Positions 39,093 to 51,344 are shown, numbered from the whole stretch's first letter. The stretch is DNA of 63,995 nucleotides, filler included, from Octopus bimaculoides (GCF_001194135.2; 4 parts of 3 records of this genome joined end to end with filler, not necessarily neighbours in it), one strand, 5' to 3'. The notes: generated from the sequence alone by a model not told the origin. Made by a program: numbers and translations.

Positions 39093-39483
39093 GGGGCAAG
39101 CGAAAGTGAAATCGTGATGGCACCTGTGCCCAGCGTCGCCTTTCTGGCACTTCTGCCCGCGGCATGTGTAAGGAATTCTGAGAGAGAACGTTGCCAGTGC
39201 CCCTGGACAGGCTCTTGTGCGGGTGGCACATAAAATACATCATTCTGAGCATGGCCGTTGCCAGTACCGCCTGACTGGCCTTCGTGCCGGTGGCACGTAA
39301 AAGCACCCACTACACTCTCTGAGTGGTTGGCGTTAGGAAGGGCATCCAGCTGTAGAAACTCTGCCAAATCAGATTGGAGCTTGGTGTAGCCATCTGGTTT
39401 CACCAGTCCTCAGTCAAATCGTCCAACCCATGCTAGCATGGAAAGCGGACGTTAAACAACGATGACGACGACAATGATGATGA
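39093..39483 (+). mobile_element. RTE-type LINE 3' UTR or derived SINE-like repeat (family C)
   Basis: Internal tggcac...gttgccagt repeats, tggcgttaggaagggcatccagctgtagaaact motif, ccaacccatgctagcatggaaagcggacgttaaac plus (GAT)n tail. Confidence 0.85.
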
Positions 39484-40014
39484 TATATATAATGTTATGT
39501 ATTGTATATATATGATATAAATATACTTGTGAGTATATATATATATATATGTATGTATATACATACATTCATACACTCACACACACACATACACACATAA
39601 GATAAAAATGACAAAGAAGATATCAGTCTAGCAAGTTTAATATCAGCGTTTATTGTTTCAGTATTATTCCATCTCAGACTACATTACACATAAATAATCA
39701 TGTATAATAAATTTCACAAGAAATGTATAGAATTGAGCATAGTTGAAACAATGAGGAATAGCACCTCTTTAGATGCTTAGCAAACTTAACTATCATATAT
39801 TATAAACAAAAAAGAATATTTTCTGCTGCTGATATATTCAGAGGAGCCAAAATAATAATATCAATAATATTAAAAAGCACAGTTAATAAAAAATAATAGC
39901 AATGGTAATAATAGTAATCTCAACAGCAGCAGCAGCAACAACAACACTAATAATAATGATAATAATAATAATAATGATGATGATGATGATGATGATAATG
40001 AGGAGGAGGAGAGG

Positions 40015-40055
<41 letters not shown>

Positions 40056-40940
40056 CAGAACAACTCTAATAATAGTATTACTAAAATAAGAATAATATTA
40101 ATATTAGTAGTAATAAAAAGAAAAATAAATCAAGAAGAACAATGGATTCCATGATGTGAATGGTACAATTACATAGGAGATTTTTTTCTGTATAATCCAT
40201 CATAGCTAGGGCCTCAATATAGTATTAAGCATTTTCCCTCTACAAATAAGTATCATATAATGTTCAATAGACACACCATCAAATTATCCCATTTCACCAC
40301 TCTGAATTTAACCAACAACATAGCTACTAATAAATCATATGATAGTATTAGCATGAACTCCCCAAATTTTATATTTGAACAGGATAACCTATACTCTTGC
40401 CAACAGAAAAATATAACAATTCAAGTGAGCATACCATGGTTGATGTGGAACCCTCTAAATGAAATACTAGAAGACAACCAGTTACTAATAAGAGGTTTTC
40501 TAATGAACAAAACCTCCCCTAACTTATGTAACTCTAGAATTCATAGCAAATGTACATTAAACAATCAATGCCTTGCCAAAAACATAATTTATAAGTACTT
40601 TATATCCACACAATACTACCTTTCGTTATATAGGAATCACAACCCATTCTTTTAAGCATAGATCATATAATCATGTCCATTAATTTAAAAAGCCTCATAA
40701 GCAGAATATTACTTCACTGGTCAAACTGATATGGGATTTGAAAAAGAAAAATTAAACTATAAAGTATCTTGGTTTGTAATCAGAATGGCTTTTCCATAAA
40801 AGGGTGGTGGAGGTGATTAACTATGTTCATTTGGAGCATTAGAAATCCTGAGGCATACAAAATAGTCTTATGAATAGATGTAATGAATTATTAACTAGAT
40901 GCCAATACAAATATGATAGATCTTGTAAAATTCTAATAAA
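40056..40940 (+). mobile_element. Penelope-like element, 5'-truncated (linker + GIY-YIG)
   Basis: KHFPSTNKYHIMFNRHTIKLS...CTLNNQCLAKNIIYK...RYIGITTHSFKHRSYNH...TSLVKLIWDLKKK. Confidence 0.8.
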
Positions 40941-42894
40941 CTAGCAAGTTTGTGTATTCACGTATATTTTGTCTACCTTCTTCCTAACCAAGTAATTATT
41001 AAATAATAATTTTTATTGGATCTCAATTAACTCATACTTGGCTTAACTTTTATTAGAAATTTTTAATTTTGATAATTTTATTGTTAATTTAGTGCTTTTT
41101 AATATCACCTTAATTATTACTGCTACCAGTCAATGATTTTAAATTGTAAATTTCAATTGTTTGGTTGTAATCACTTTAATCAGGCATTTCCCATATGTTC
41201 TTATTTCATGATTTTATAATTTTTACAGCTTTCACATTAATAGACCGTTGTGTTTATTTTTTAATAATTTTTATCTTGGCAGATTTTTACAACTTGTATA
41301 ATGTTTATAGCTTTATTTAAAATATTTTAAAATATTTTTTAAAAAAGCAATTTTTGAAAATTTTGAATTTCAATTTTGTTACTACTTTGAGTCCAATACT
41401 TCAAATTTTTAATATTTTATTTAACCATTACTCTGCAAATAGTCACACATAATTTTCTTACTTCTTTTGAGTAGCAGACTTCATAGTTTCAACCACTGAA
41501 ATTTTAAATACCTAATTTATGTTTTCTTACTACTCACCTGCATATATCATATATATATATAATAAGAAAAAAGGAAAACCTTTGTTGCAATGCACCTAAT
41601 TAGTGCTCAATATGAGCAAAATATAACAAAAATCAAAGTGGATGACAGATTATTGTAGGTCAAGTTCCTTTGTCATGGGAATACAAAATACATAAAAAGT
41701 TCATGAAGCAGTATTACAAAACATTACGATTGTTTCAAAGAATGCATTTTGTATTGGGTGAGTTTTCCAGTTGATACAATTAGTCACATTCCTCTCATGA
41801 GAGGTACAAATTAATCGATTAAAATAGTTTAAAAATTGAGAAAGCTTAAAATATCTCCTACTTGCAGAACTTGAAATCATATTGATAATGCTATCTTTTT
41901 AAAAAAATGTTATAGCATTTTAAAAAAAGTTTGCAATGATATAAAAAGGCTTTGTGAAGTGGAAAAAGTTATGAAGTAAAACATTTGTGTGTGTATATAT
42001 ANNNNNNNNNNNNNNNNNNNNNNNNNNNNNNNNNNNNNNNNTATATATACATACATACAAGAGTTAAGGAATGGAATAGATAAATATTCAGGCTATATAT
42101 GTTTCATGGTGAGCTGAACTTTGGAAGTAGTAAGTATCCAAGCGAGGTATATACTGCAGGCTACTATTCAGGCCAAGGGTATCTTGATCAAATGAAGTTT
42201 ACATTGTTGTAAGGAGGTACATGTCAATACATGGACAATTCGATCAGAATGTATAGAGAGGATGGTTAGAGTGGAGAATATATTGTGAAGAGAAAATTAG
42301 GAGTGTAAGAAGGAAAGGAATATAGAAAAGAGAAAAAGAATAAACAGACATAAGGGAGTGGGAGAGTCGTAAGGAATTTAAGCAAGGTCATTTCACAGGT
42401 GGTTTTCGATAGGGCCATTGTGATTGAGTCATAGATATGCAAAGGGTGTGGTATTTGAAAGGATAATGTGGAGGGAAGTGGTGGGGCAGCATTTGTGGTC
42501 AAAAGAGAGAAAAATATATGCTAGAAGTGATGGTGTAGTAGCAAAAATTGAAAGTCTAAAGGAAATGAGGAAGAATACTGCAATTTAAGAATTAAGGAAT
42601 GTATATTGTTGTGTGTGAGTGTGTGTACTGCATGAAATAGTAAAGTTGTATATAGGCATATGTACTTGTAAGTATACAAAGGTGGGGTGGGGAAGGGTGT
42701 GGAGGCAGGCAGAAAAGAGTAATTAAATGGTATAAATAGTAAGGAAAGATAAAGATAGATATAAATAAGAAATAAGGGGTTATATTGAATATAATGGGAA
42801 TATATTGGTGGTTTAAATTCTTAGCAGTTGTGAGGGTAAATAAGAGGGAATGTCTATGATGGCAGGGGGGAATTTAGGAAATGATGCAGAGGAT

Positions 42895-45030
42895 GGGTTC
42901 TTATTTGTATTCTGAGAATAGGTTGCATAATTGATGTTTGTATGTAAAAGTTATACTGTTGCATTCATTAAGACAATCCATGGATTGCAAAATAGCTAAG
43001 ACTTTGGCTATGCAGAGATCACACTTGTTATTATAGCTGAAGTACAGTTTAGCATGAGTGACTATGAACCACTTAAGAGTGTAAGAAATTGATTCATTCT
43101 TAAGTTTATAGATAAGTTGAGGTAAAGATGTACTGTTGGATTATGTTTGGGACTTGAAACTGGAGTAATGGTTGTGCACTCTAGCTTTGAAGGTGGTGCT
43201 GCATGAGCCGATATTTATGTAGTTATGGTTGACTGCTGATACTGTGCACTTGTAAATGATGTTTTTAGTAAGACAGTGTTTATCTAAAGGGTAGGAGGCT
43301 GGGCACCTGAAACTGTTTAGCTTCATGAGTGGATGAATTCGTAGGGTAATTGTTATTTAGTGAAGGACCAGTGTTAAGTTCATTATTAGTGGTGGTGTCA
43401 AAAATGGTATTTATAAGGGGGTTGAGGGAGGCATTGAGGTGTTGTATAATATGATAGTTTTCATGTCCAATGATATTGTCTATACTGTTCTTTATTTTTC
43501 ATGAGGTATTGTTGGGTCTTGAGGCAAGTTTATGGCTTGGGTGTTAATAGTGGAATTATAGTAGGAGATTTGAGGGTTAGTGTTGGTAAGGGGGTTTATT
43601 GTTGTTCTAGGTTTATATGCATGGAGCTGGGGGTTAGGATGAGTTATGTTATTAGGGTAGAGCTGGTTGTGGATTTCTGAGTTTCTTGTTGTTAAGATGT
43701 CAGATTACTCTGGCAATGTTGGTGGTGGTGGAGTAAGACAATTTTATAGATTGGGAGTTAAATATTTTTCAAAGAGGGCTGGATTTAGGGAAGTGTTTTT
43801 CAAAAGTAGGGTGAAGAAGAATTTAGATACTTGAGACTGAACATTAAGGATGAAGTGGGAGTGGAACCAGATAACATTGTGGGTTCTTGTTTCTTGAGTC
43901 CAATTAGGGGTGTTATTGGAGTGAGGATAAGGCTTTGGAGGTGTGTGCTGGTGTTGATTTTAGTGGGTTGCAATGTGTTTAGGATTTGGAATCATCTGGT
44001 GGGAGGATTGTTTGTTAGGTCATCTGCTACTCCGAAATTTGGATGGGTATTGGAGTGGCGGGATAGGGGGCTGTTACGTTCATTATTCGGGAGTGATGGA
44101 ATTGGTTTTAGATTTGGGTTTAGTGGAGCGGGGAATATTCCGTATGGGGATATATTTGATTGAATTTTTATAACCAGTGCATTGTAGAACCCAATTATAA
44201 TATTCTGTGTATTGGTCGAATAATTCCTTATTAGCAGGTAGTGAGGAAATCCAATAAGAATGCTCTTTACAATAAATTTTAGGATAGAGGGGGGATGGTT
44301 GGAGGAGAAGTTGATATAGTTGAGGTTTTCTCTAGGTTTTTGGTATGGGTAGAAGGCTTAGTTTTGTAAGTCCAGGGTTACGTCTAGGAAATGAGCAGTT
44401 TTAAGGTTGTTACAAAATGAGATGCTAAGGCCAACATTTTGAAAAAGACTTCTTAATTTTTTTCTAGTCTGTTCAGTTATCCGGTTGCTAGAAATTTGGA
44501 TTGCGAACAGAGCATCATCTTTATAGACCACTGGAGATATTAGGGAATTGTTTGCGGAGACTATTAAGTAGGTAAAAGCCTACAAGGTCCGTAACTTGAG
44601 TGGAGTCACTGGCCCCCATAGGGATGTCAAAAAATTTTGGTGTATCCTTGCAGACCCAGGATTTCCTATTGTATGATATTTCAGTGGGCTGCTATTATGA
44701 TATCAATATCATCGCAAGATAAGTTGGAGTGTTTTCAGGTGAAAATTAGGGCTTTGTTTAGAAGAATAGGGGATATGCTAGAGTAGTATTGGTCAATGTC
44801 AACCTGGATAAATCTAAAAGTTTGTTTGGGGCTTAGATAATTGAACCACTGGTTGGCTTCAATAATTTTGGTCCAAAGTTTTAATGTGGATGTAGCAGGA
44901 AGTTGGGGCATAGTCTGATCTAGTATAGTTTTGCTAATCTTACCTATTCCAGAGCTGCAGGGGAAGATGAGGTGAATGGATGGGATCACTGTGAAGTATT
45001 TTTTGTGATCCTTTAAGTTGATACGTGGTG
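42895..45030 (-). mobile_element. Penelope-like retroelement (RT + C-terminal GIY-YIG), degenerate, Naiad-like
   Basis: Reverse: NLKDHKKYF..PSIHLIFPCSSGIGKISKTILD, FIQVDIDQYYSSIS, GIPMGASDSTQVTDLVGLYLL, LYKDDAL, FLDVTLDL, KHFP..KIFNSQSIKLSYS, CLTKNIIYKCTV, IGSCSTTFKARVHNHYSSFK. Confidence 0.9.
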
Positions 45031-45879
45031 GGCGAGATGTGGAAGGTTCACATACCTGGCAACCCTGCCTACCTACAGTGAAATATAAAACATTTTTTTC
45101 AGCTTACCATACTTTGATATGGAAAAAATCCACAACCTTCCACCTCAATAAACCACTATTGTTCCTGAAAGTTTTTTCATATTTTCTATGGTTTGCTTGA
45201 AGTTAACCTCCTTCCTAAATCTTGATCCTTGGATCTTACATTTATATATATATATATATNNNNNNNNNNNNNNNNNNNNNNNNNNNNNNNNNNNNNNNNN
45301 NNNNNNNNNNNNNNNNNNNNNNNNNNNNNNNNNNNNNNNNNNNNNNNNNNNNNNNNNNNNNNNNNNNNNNNNNNNNNNNNNNNNNNNNNNNNNNNNNNNN
45401 NNNNNNNNNNNNNNNNNNNNNNNNNNNNNNNNNNNNNNNNNNNNNNNNNNNNNNNNNNNNNNNNNNNNNNNNNNNNNNNNNNNNNNNNNNNNNNNNNNNN
45501 NNNNNNNNNNNNNNNNNNNNNNNNNNNNNNNNNNNNNNNNNNNNNNNNNNNNNNNNNNNNNNNNNNNNNNNNNNNNNNNNNNNNNNNNNNNNNNNNNNNN
45601 NNNNNNNNNNNNNNNNNNNNNNNNNNNNNNNNNNNNNNNNNNNNNNNNNNNNNNNNNNNNNNNNNNNNNNNNNNNNNNNNNNNNNNNNNNNNNNNNNNNN
45701 NNNNNNNNNNNNNNNNNNNNNNNNNNNNNNNNNNNNNNNNNNNNNNNNNNNNNNNNNNNNNNNNNNNNNNNNNNNNNNNNNNNNNNNNNNNNNNNNNNNN
45801 NNNNNNNNNNNNNNNNNNNNNNNNNNNNAGGTTCAAAAACGGAAAAAGACAAAAAAAACAACAACAAAAAAACAACAAC

Positions 45880-46110
45880 GTGAGGACGTGATACAGATTG
45901 TGTTACTAGACGCTCGGGAAAGGAAAGAAAGAGAATTTAACGTTTCGAGCGGACCTCTTCGTCGGAAACAAAGAAAGTCCAAAGACGGGAAAAACGGAGG
46001 AAGAAAAAGTCGCTACCGATATCCACGAGGTTACATTGTGGAATGACCAGAAGGGAAAGGGTGGAGGAAAAGTTCTTTCTAAGACAGGAGAGTGCAAGAG
46101 GGAGGTAAGT
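45880..46110 (-). mobile_element. Short repeat, probably a Penelope terminal repeat, carrying a hammerhead-like motif at 45938-45965
   Basis: Reverse: CCGACGA-a-gag-gtccg-ctc-GAAAC-GT-TA followed by a pyrimidine tract; related copy at 61470-61530. Confidence 0.55.
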
Positions 46111-46119
46111 ATGTGTGCG

Positions 46120-47600
46120 TGCGCGCGGCTCCGTGTGTGTGTAATAACAGAACGTGTATGTACGTCTGTATGTGTGTGTGTCGTTTAACTTTGTGGAAGG
46201 AATTAGTAGCAGGAATAATTTGGGAGTGGTTGTGGACAATGGTCAGTAGAAAGTGGGCAGGCAGTTTTTGAGTATGTTTGTGTGCGTGTATGTGTGTGTT
46301 GTGTGGGTGTGATTTTCTTGCAGTGTGTGCCTGTATTTGTGTGTGCATGTGTGTATGTGTATATATATGTGTGTGTACGTGTGTGTGTATATGCGTGCGG
46401 TTTGCTCTGTGGATCGCACGTGGGTTATTTTGTGCGTGTCTGTGTCTGTGTCTGTGCGTGTATATGCGTAGTATGTGTGCGTGTATGTGTTAATGTTTGT
46501 TGTGTGTGTATGTGAGTTATGCGTGGGTTCAATTGCGTGTGTGTCCATGTATGTATACCTGCGTGTGTGAGTGTGTGTTGCGTGTGTGTAGGAGTTATGT
46601 GTGGGATCATTTGCATGTGTGTGTATGTGAGTTCATTTCTACATGTGTGTATGTGTCTTGTGTGTGTGCATGTGTATGTGTGTGTGCGTGTGATGTGTGT
46701 GCATGTGTGTATGTATGTACACTTGGGTATGTGTGTGTGTGAGTGCGTGTTGTGTATGTATAGAAGTTATGTGTGGGTTCATTTGCATGTGTGTGTATGT
46801 GGGTTCGTTTGTACATGTGTGTGTATGTGTCTTTTGTGTGCATGTGTATGTGTGTGCGCATGTGATGTGTGTTCGTGTGTGTGTAGACGGGGGTTGTGTG
46901 TGGAGGTATATGTGCGTTTTTTCGCGCCTATGCATGTGTGCGTGTGTGTGTGCGTGTGCGTGTGTGTGCGCGCGTGTGTCGGGTGTGTGTGTGTGTGGAT
47001 GTGGATGTGTATATTTTTTGTGCGTGCGCGTGTGTGTATGTGTATGTGTATATTGTGTATGTTTTTGTGCGTGCGTGTGTGTTTGTATGTGTGTGTAGGT
47101 TGTGTATATGTGCGTTCCTTTGTACGTGTGTGTGTGCGTGCGTTTGTTTCTGTACGCGCGTGCATGTGCGCGTGTTTGTGCCCATGTATGTGTAATTGTA
47201 TGCGAGTGTGAGTGTGTCGTGTTTGTGGGAGGTGTGTACGCGTGCGTGTGCCAGTATGTGTGTGTATGCGTGTGTATGTGTGTGCGTGTGTGTACGTGTG
47301 TGTATGTGCGTATGTATGTGCGTGCGTATATGTGCGTGCGTGTGTGTGTGCGTGTGTGTATGTGCGTGTGTATATGTGTGCGTGTGTGTGTGCGCGTGTG
47401 TATGTTTTCGTGCGTGCGTGTGTGTGTGTATGTTGTGTATATGTGCGTTCCTGTGTATGTGCGTGTGCATGCGTTGGCTTACGTACGTGCGTGCATGTGC
47501 ATGTGTCATTTATGCCCCTTGTGTGTGTAGTTGTATGCGTGTTTGTGTGAGTGTATATATATGTATGTATATGTATATATATATGTGTGTGTGTGTATAC
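46120..47600. repeat. Cryptic (GT)-derived satellite with an internal about 175-bp tandem duplication
   Basis: 1.5 kb of degenerate GT/GC/AT alternation; unit gagttatgtgtgggatcatttgcatgtgtgtgtatgtg...gtgatgtgtg repeated at about 46590 and 46765. Confidence 0.9.
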
Positions 47601-47647
<47 letters not shown>

Positions 47648-47919
47648 CAGAACAACTCTAATAATAGTATTACTAAAATAAGAATAATATTAATATTAGT
47701 AGTAATAAAAAGAAAAATAAATCAAGAAGAAGAATGGATTTCATGCTGTGAATGGTACAATTACATAGGAGATTTTTTTCTGTATAATCCATCATAGGGC
47801 CTCAATATAGTATTTAGCATTTTCTCTCTACAAATAAGTATCATATAATGTTCAATAGACACACCATCAAATTATCCCATTTCACCACTCTGAATTTAAC
47901 CAACAACATAGCTACTAAT
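47648..47919 (+). mobile_element. Second copy of the Penelope fragment at 40056-40331 (runs into a gap)
   Basis: About 97% identical by eye (5 substitutions and one 4-nt indel); same (AAT)n upstream. Confidence 0.9.
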
Positions 47920-48125
47920 NNNNNNNNNNNNNNNNNNNNNNNNNNNNNNNNNNNNNNNNNNNNNNNNNNNNNNNNNNNNNNNNNNNNNNNNNNNNNNNNN
48001 NNNNNNNNNNNNNNNNNNNNNNNNNNNNNNNNNNNNNNNNNNNNNNNNNNNNNNNNNNNNNNNNNNNNNNNNNNNNNNNNNNNNNNNNNNNNNNNNNTAT
48101 GTATGTGTGTGTGTGTGTGTGTGTG

Positions 48126-48199
<74 letters not shown>

Positions 48200-48201
<2 letters not shown>

Positions 48202-48525
48202 ATCATCATAATCATCATCATCATTGTTTAATATCCTCCTTCCATACTAGCATAGGTTGGATGTTTCGACAGGAATTGATCAGGTAGGAGCCTGTGTCAT
48301 GCTTCTGAGTGTATTTTGGCATAGTTTTCACAGCTGAATGCCCAAGTGCTTTTTATGTGGCACTTGCACAGATTATTTTGGTTTTTGCATGGTTTTTACA
48401 GCTGGATGCTCTTCCAAATACCAACCAATTTACCTGTGGACTTGGTGCTTTTTAAGTGGCACCTACACTGGTGGGGTTACCAAGTGACTTTGCAAGACAA
48501 AGTGTCTTTCAGAAGGGAGGAGGCA
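48200..48525 (-). mobile_element. Family C (RTE-type 3' UTR) repeat, degenerate
   Basis: catcatcattgtttaatatcc..ttccatactagcataggttggatg...ttttacagctggatgctcttcc. Confidence 0.7.
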
Positions 48526-48579
48526 TTGGAGGAGACGATCTTGTGTAAGATGATGAAAGAGTGTAGCAGAGAGGCAGTC

Positions 48580-49300
48580 AATGGCTACCCAGCCAGAGAG
48601 AGGGAGTGAGAGAAGAAGAGAAAAAGAGAGAGAGAGAGAGAAAAAGAGAGAGAAGAAGAGAAAGAGAGTGAGAGTTAACAAGAATGAGGGCAGAAACAGT
48701 TACCTAGAGTAAGAGTGGGAGTTAACATTTACCTAGCCAGAGGTAAGGGCAAGGGAAGGAAGGAAAGAGAGTGATCAAGAATGAGGGCAGAAACAGATTT
48801 GTTGCTGTAGAGGAGATACATGATTACTCAGCCAGAGGGGAGAGCAAGGGAAAGAGAGAGAAAGAGGAGACAGCAAGAGCAGGAGAGGGATGGTGGCAAG
48901 TGCCAGGGTATACTTGCAAGGAACAGAGATCAGGCCATAGATGGGATGGTAGAATAAGGAAAAGGGAGATGAATTGTGGTAGGTGCTGGCAGGGTATCAC
49001 TAAGGAGTCATGAGTTGGGAGTGGGGGACTGCAATGACTGGAGAGAACCTGGGTATATAGAAGGGGAGGGGGCAGGAGAGGCAACGATACAGTGAGCAGG
49101 GTAGTGAGGACTGGGTTGGGGAGTGGTGGTGGGGAATGCTGTGACTGGTGAGTATCTGGGTATGTACAGGGGGAGCAGGATTGGAGAGTGGGTGATAATC
49201 ATAGCGTATGAAGAGGAAATGTGAAGAAGAGAAGAGAAACATTTTGGGAAGGGAAGTGGGGGGGATGTAGTTTGGTTTCTTGAGGTAGGATGTGTGAAAG
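48580..49300. repeat. Purine-rich (GA/GG) low-complexity tract with short internal repeats
   Basis: aagaatgagggcagaaacag twice; gactggagagaacctgggtatat and gactggtgagtatctgggtatgt. Confidence 0.7.
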
Positions 49301-49334
49301 TTTTATTGTGGAACAGAATATTTCAAGAACTCAG

Positions 49335-49505
49335 GTTTGCTCACGTAGGTAAGACTTCTCTAGAACCTTATATTGCCAGACATCTTGGTCTGGTGTCATT
49401 TCCTCTGTGAGTCTCAACATACTGGAGATTAGTCCTCACCACTTCATCCCATGTCTTCCTGGGTCTCTCCTCCACAGGTGCCATCCACTTTCAGTGACTG
49501 GCCCT
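49335..49505 (-). mobile_element. RTE LINE ORF C-terminal fragment
   Basis: Reverse: KVDGTCGGERPRKTWDEVVR. Confidence 0.7.
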
Positions 49506-49604
49506 TCTTATATATATATTTATATGTATATATATTTTATTATATGTATTTAAATAACTCGGACAAAATAAATTGGTTAATAGATACCAGGGTAGCAAAG
49601 ATCA

Positions 49605-49912
49605 CAAAATTACTGTGGTGTAACTCTTGTTTATGAGGTAGAAACTCCTTGATATTTTGGGTACTTGAGTATATATAAATTTAATGAATGGAGTAAAACG
49701 CATATGTTGACTGCATACTTTTATTTCCAACATATGTTTCGAAGATTACAAATTATACCTATAATTTGTAATCTTCGAAACATATGTTGGAAATAAAAGT
49801 ATGCAGTCAACATATGCGTTTTACTCCATTCATTAAATTTATATATACTCAAGTACCCAAAATATCAAGGAGTTTCTACCTCATAAACAAGAGTTACACC
49901 ACAGTAATTTTG
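49605..49912. repeat. Perfect palindrome: 153-bp arms with a 2-nt (cc) spacer; possible foldback MITE
   Basis: 49605-49757 is the exact reverse complement of 49760-49912; the right arm runs into the N gap. Confidence 0.95.
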
Positions 49913-49980
49913 NNNNNNNNNNNNNNNNNNNNNNNNNNNNNNNNNNNNNNNNNNNNNNNNNNNNNNNNNNNNNNATATAT

Positions 49981-50367
49981 CATCATCATCATCATCATCG
50001 TTGTCGTTGTCGTCGTTTAACATCCACTTTCCATGCTAGCATGGGTTGGATGGTTTGACTGAGGGCTGACAAGCCAGAAGGCTGCACCAAGCTCCAATCT
50101 ACAGCTGGATGCCCTTCCTAATGCCAACCCCTCCAAGAGTGTAGTGGGTGCTTTTCACATGTCACTGGCATGAGGGCCAGTCAGGTGCCACTGGCAACGA
50201 CCATGCTCGAATCGTGCTTTTTACGTGCCACCGGCACTGAACCAGCCAGCCGGCACTGGCATCAGCCATGCTTGAATGGTGCGTTTTACATGTCACCAGC
50301 ACGGGAGTCAGTCAGACAGCACTGGCAACGATCACGCTTGAATGGTGCTTTTAACATGTCATCATGT
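49981..50367 (-). mobile_element. Family C (RTE-type 3' UTR) repeat
   Basis: Reverse homologue of 39093-39483. Confidence 0.85.
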
Positions 50368-50399
50368 AGGCATATACATGTATATGTGTATATATATGT

Positions 50400-50798
50400 A
50401 GGTTATGAGCGAAAGTGGTGTCAATTAACACTGTGTATAAACTCTGTATTTGGAATGACCAATTTCAAAGACTGTTGGATTTTACTCATAGGGAATTGGA
50501 ATCTTAATAATGGATTTACAAATGCAATGACCAATTTTAAAGACTATTGGATTTTACTCACAAGGTACTGGAATCTTAAATGTATACCAGTCTGCCTAAA
50601 CAATGGATTTACAAATACAATATCCCTACATTCACTCTCTATTTCTTATCTTATGTAAACTAACTATTGCTTAACCATCCCCTCACACCGTCTCCGATGA
50701 AGGGATATAACAAATATCCTGGAAACAGCTGTAAAACCTTCTATTTATAAATGTTCTATATTATGCACAGCCTTGGTTCTTTATCTCATTATGAAATC

Positions 50799-50800
<2 letters not shown>
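50400..50800 (+). mobile_element. Penelope-type terminal repeat fragment with hammerhead-like motif (50688-50737) and an internal tandem duplication
   Basis: aatgaccaattt(c/t)aaagact(g/a)ttggattttactca...ggaatcttaa twice; ccgtct-CCGATGA-agggata-taacaaa-tatcctg-GAAAC-agct-GTA. Confidence 0.6.
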
Positions 50801-50839
<39 letters not shown>

Positions 50840-51241
50840 CAAATTAAAAGGGTANNNNNNNNNNNNNNNNNNNNNNNNNNNNNNNNNNNNNNNNNNNNNN
50901 NNNNNNNNNNNNNNNNNNNNNNNNNNNNNNNNNNNNNNNNNNNNNNNNNNNNNNNNNNNNNNNNNNNNNNNNNNNNNNNNNNNNNNNNNNNNNNNNNNNN
51001 NNNNNNNNNNNNNNNNNNNNNNNNNNNNNNNNNNNNNNNNNNNNNNNNNNNNNNNNNNNNNNNNNNNNNNNNNNNNNNNNNNNNNNNNNNNNNNNNNNNN
51101 NNNNNNNNNNNNNNNNNNNNNNNNNNNNNNNNNNNNNNNNNNNNNNNNNNNNNNNNNNNNNNNNNNNNNNNNNNNNNNNNNNNNNNNNNNNNNNNNNNNN
51201 NNNNNNNNNNNNNNNNNNNNNNNNNNNNNNNNNNNNNNNNN

Positions 51242-51287
<46 letters not shown>

Positions 51288-51344
51288 GTATTCTTAATTT
51301 CTTTCTTAACTGTTGATTTTGAAACTTAGGTTATAATGAATGAC

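Noticed and set aside
39093-39330. Regularly spaced about 50-bp repeats with variable spacers (also 50150-50360, 53860-54020), superficially CRISPR-like
   Set aside because: Internal degenerate repeats of the family C retroelement 3' UTR; eukaryotic context and no cas genes
46243-47797. Cys/Val-rich and His/Thr-rich ORFs up to 230 aa that look like metal-binding proteins
   Set aside because: Open on both strands in all frames because GT-derived repeats lack stop codons; no splice or codon evidence
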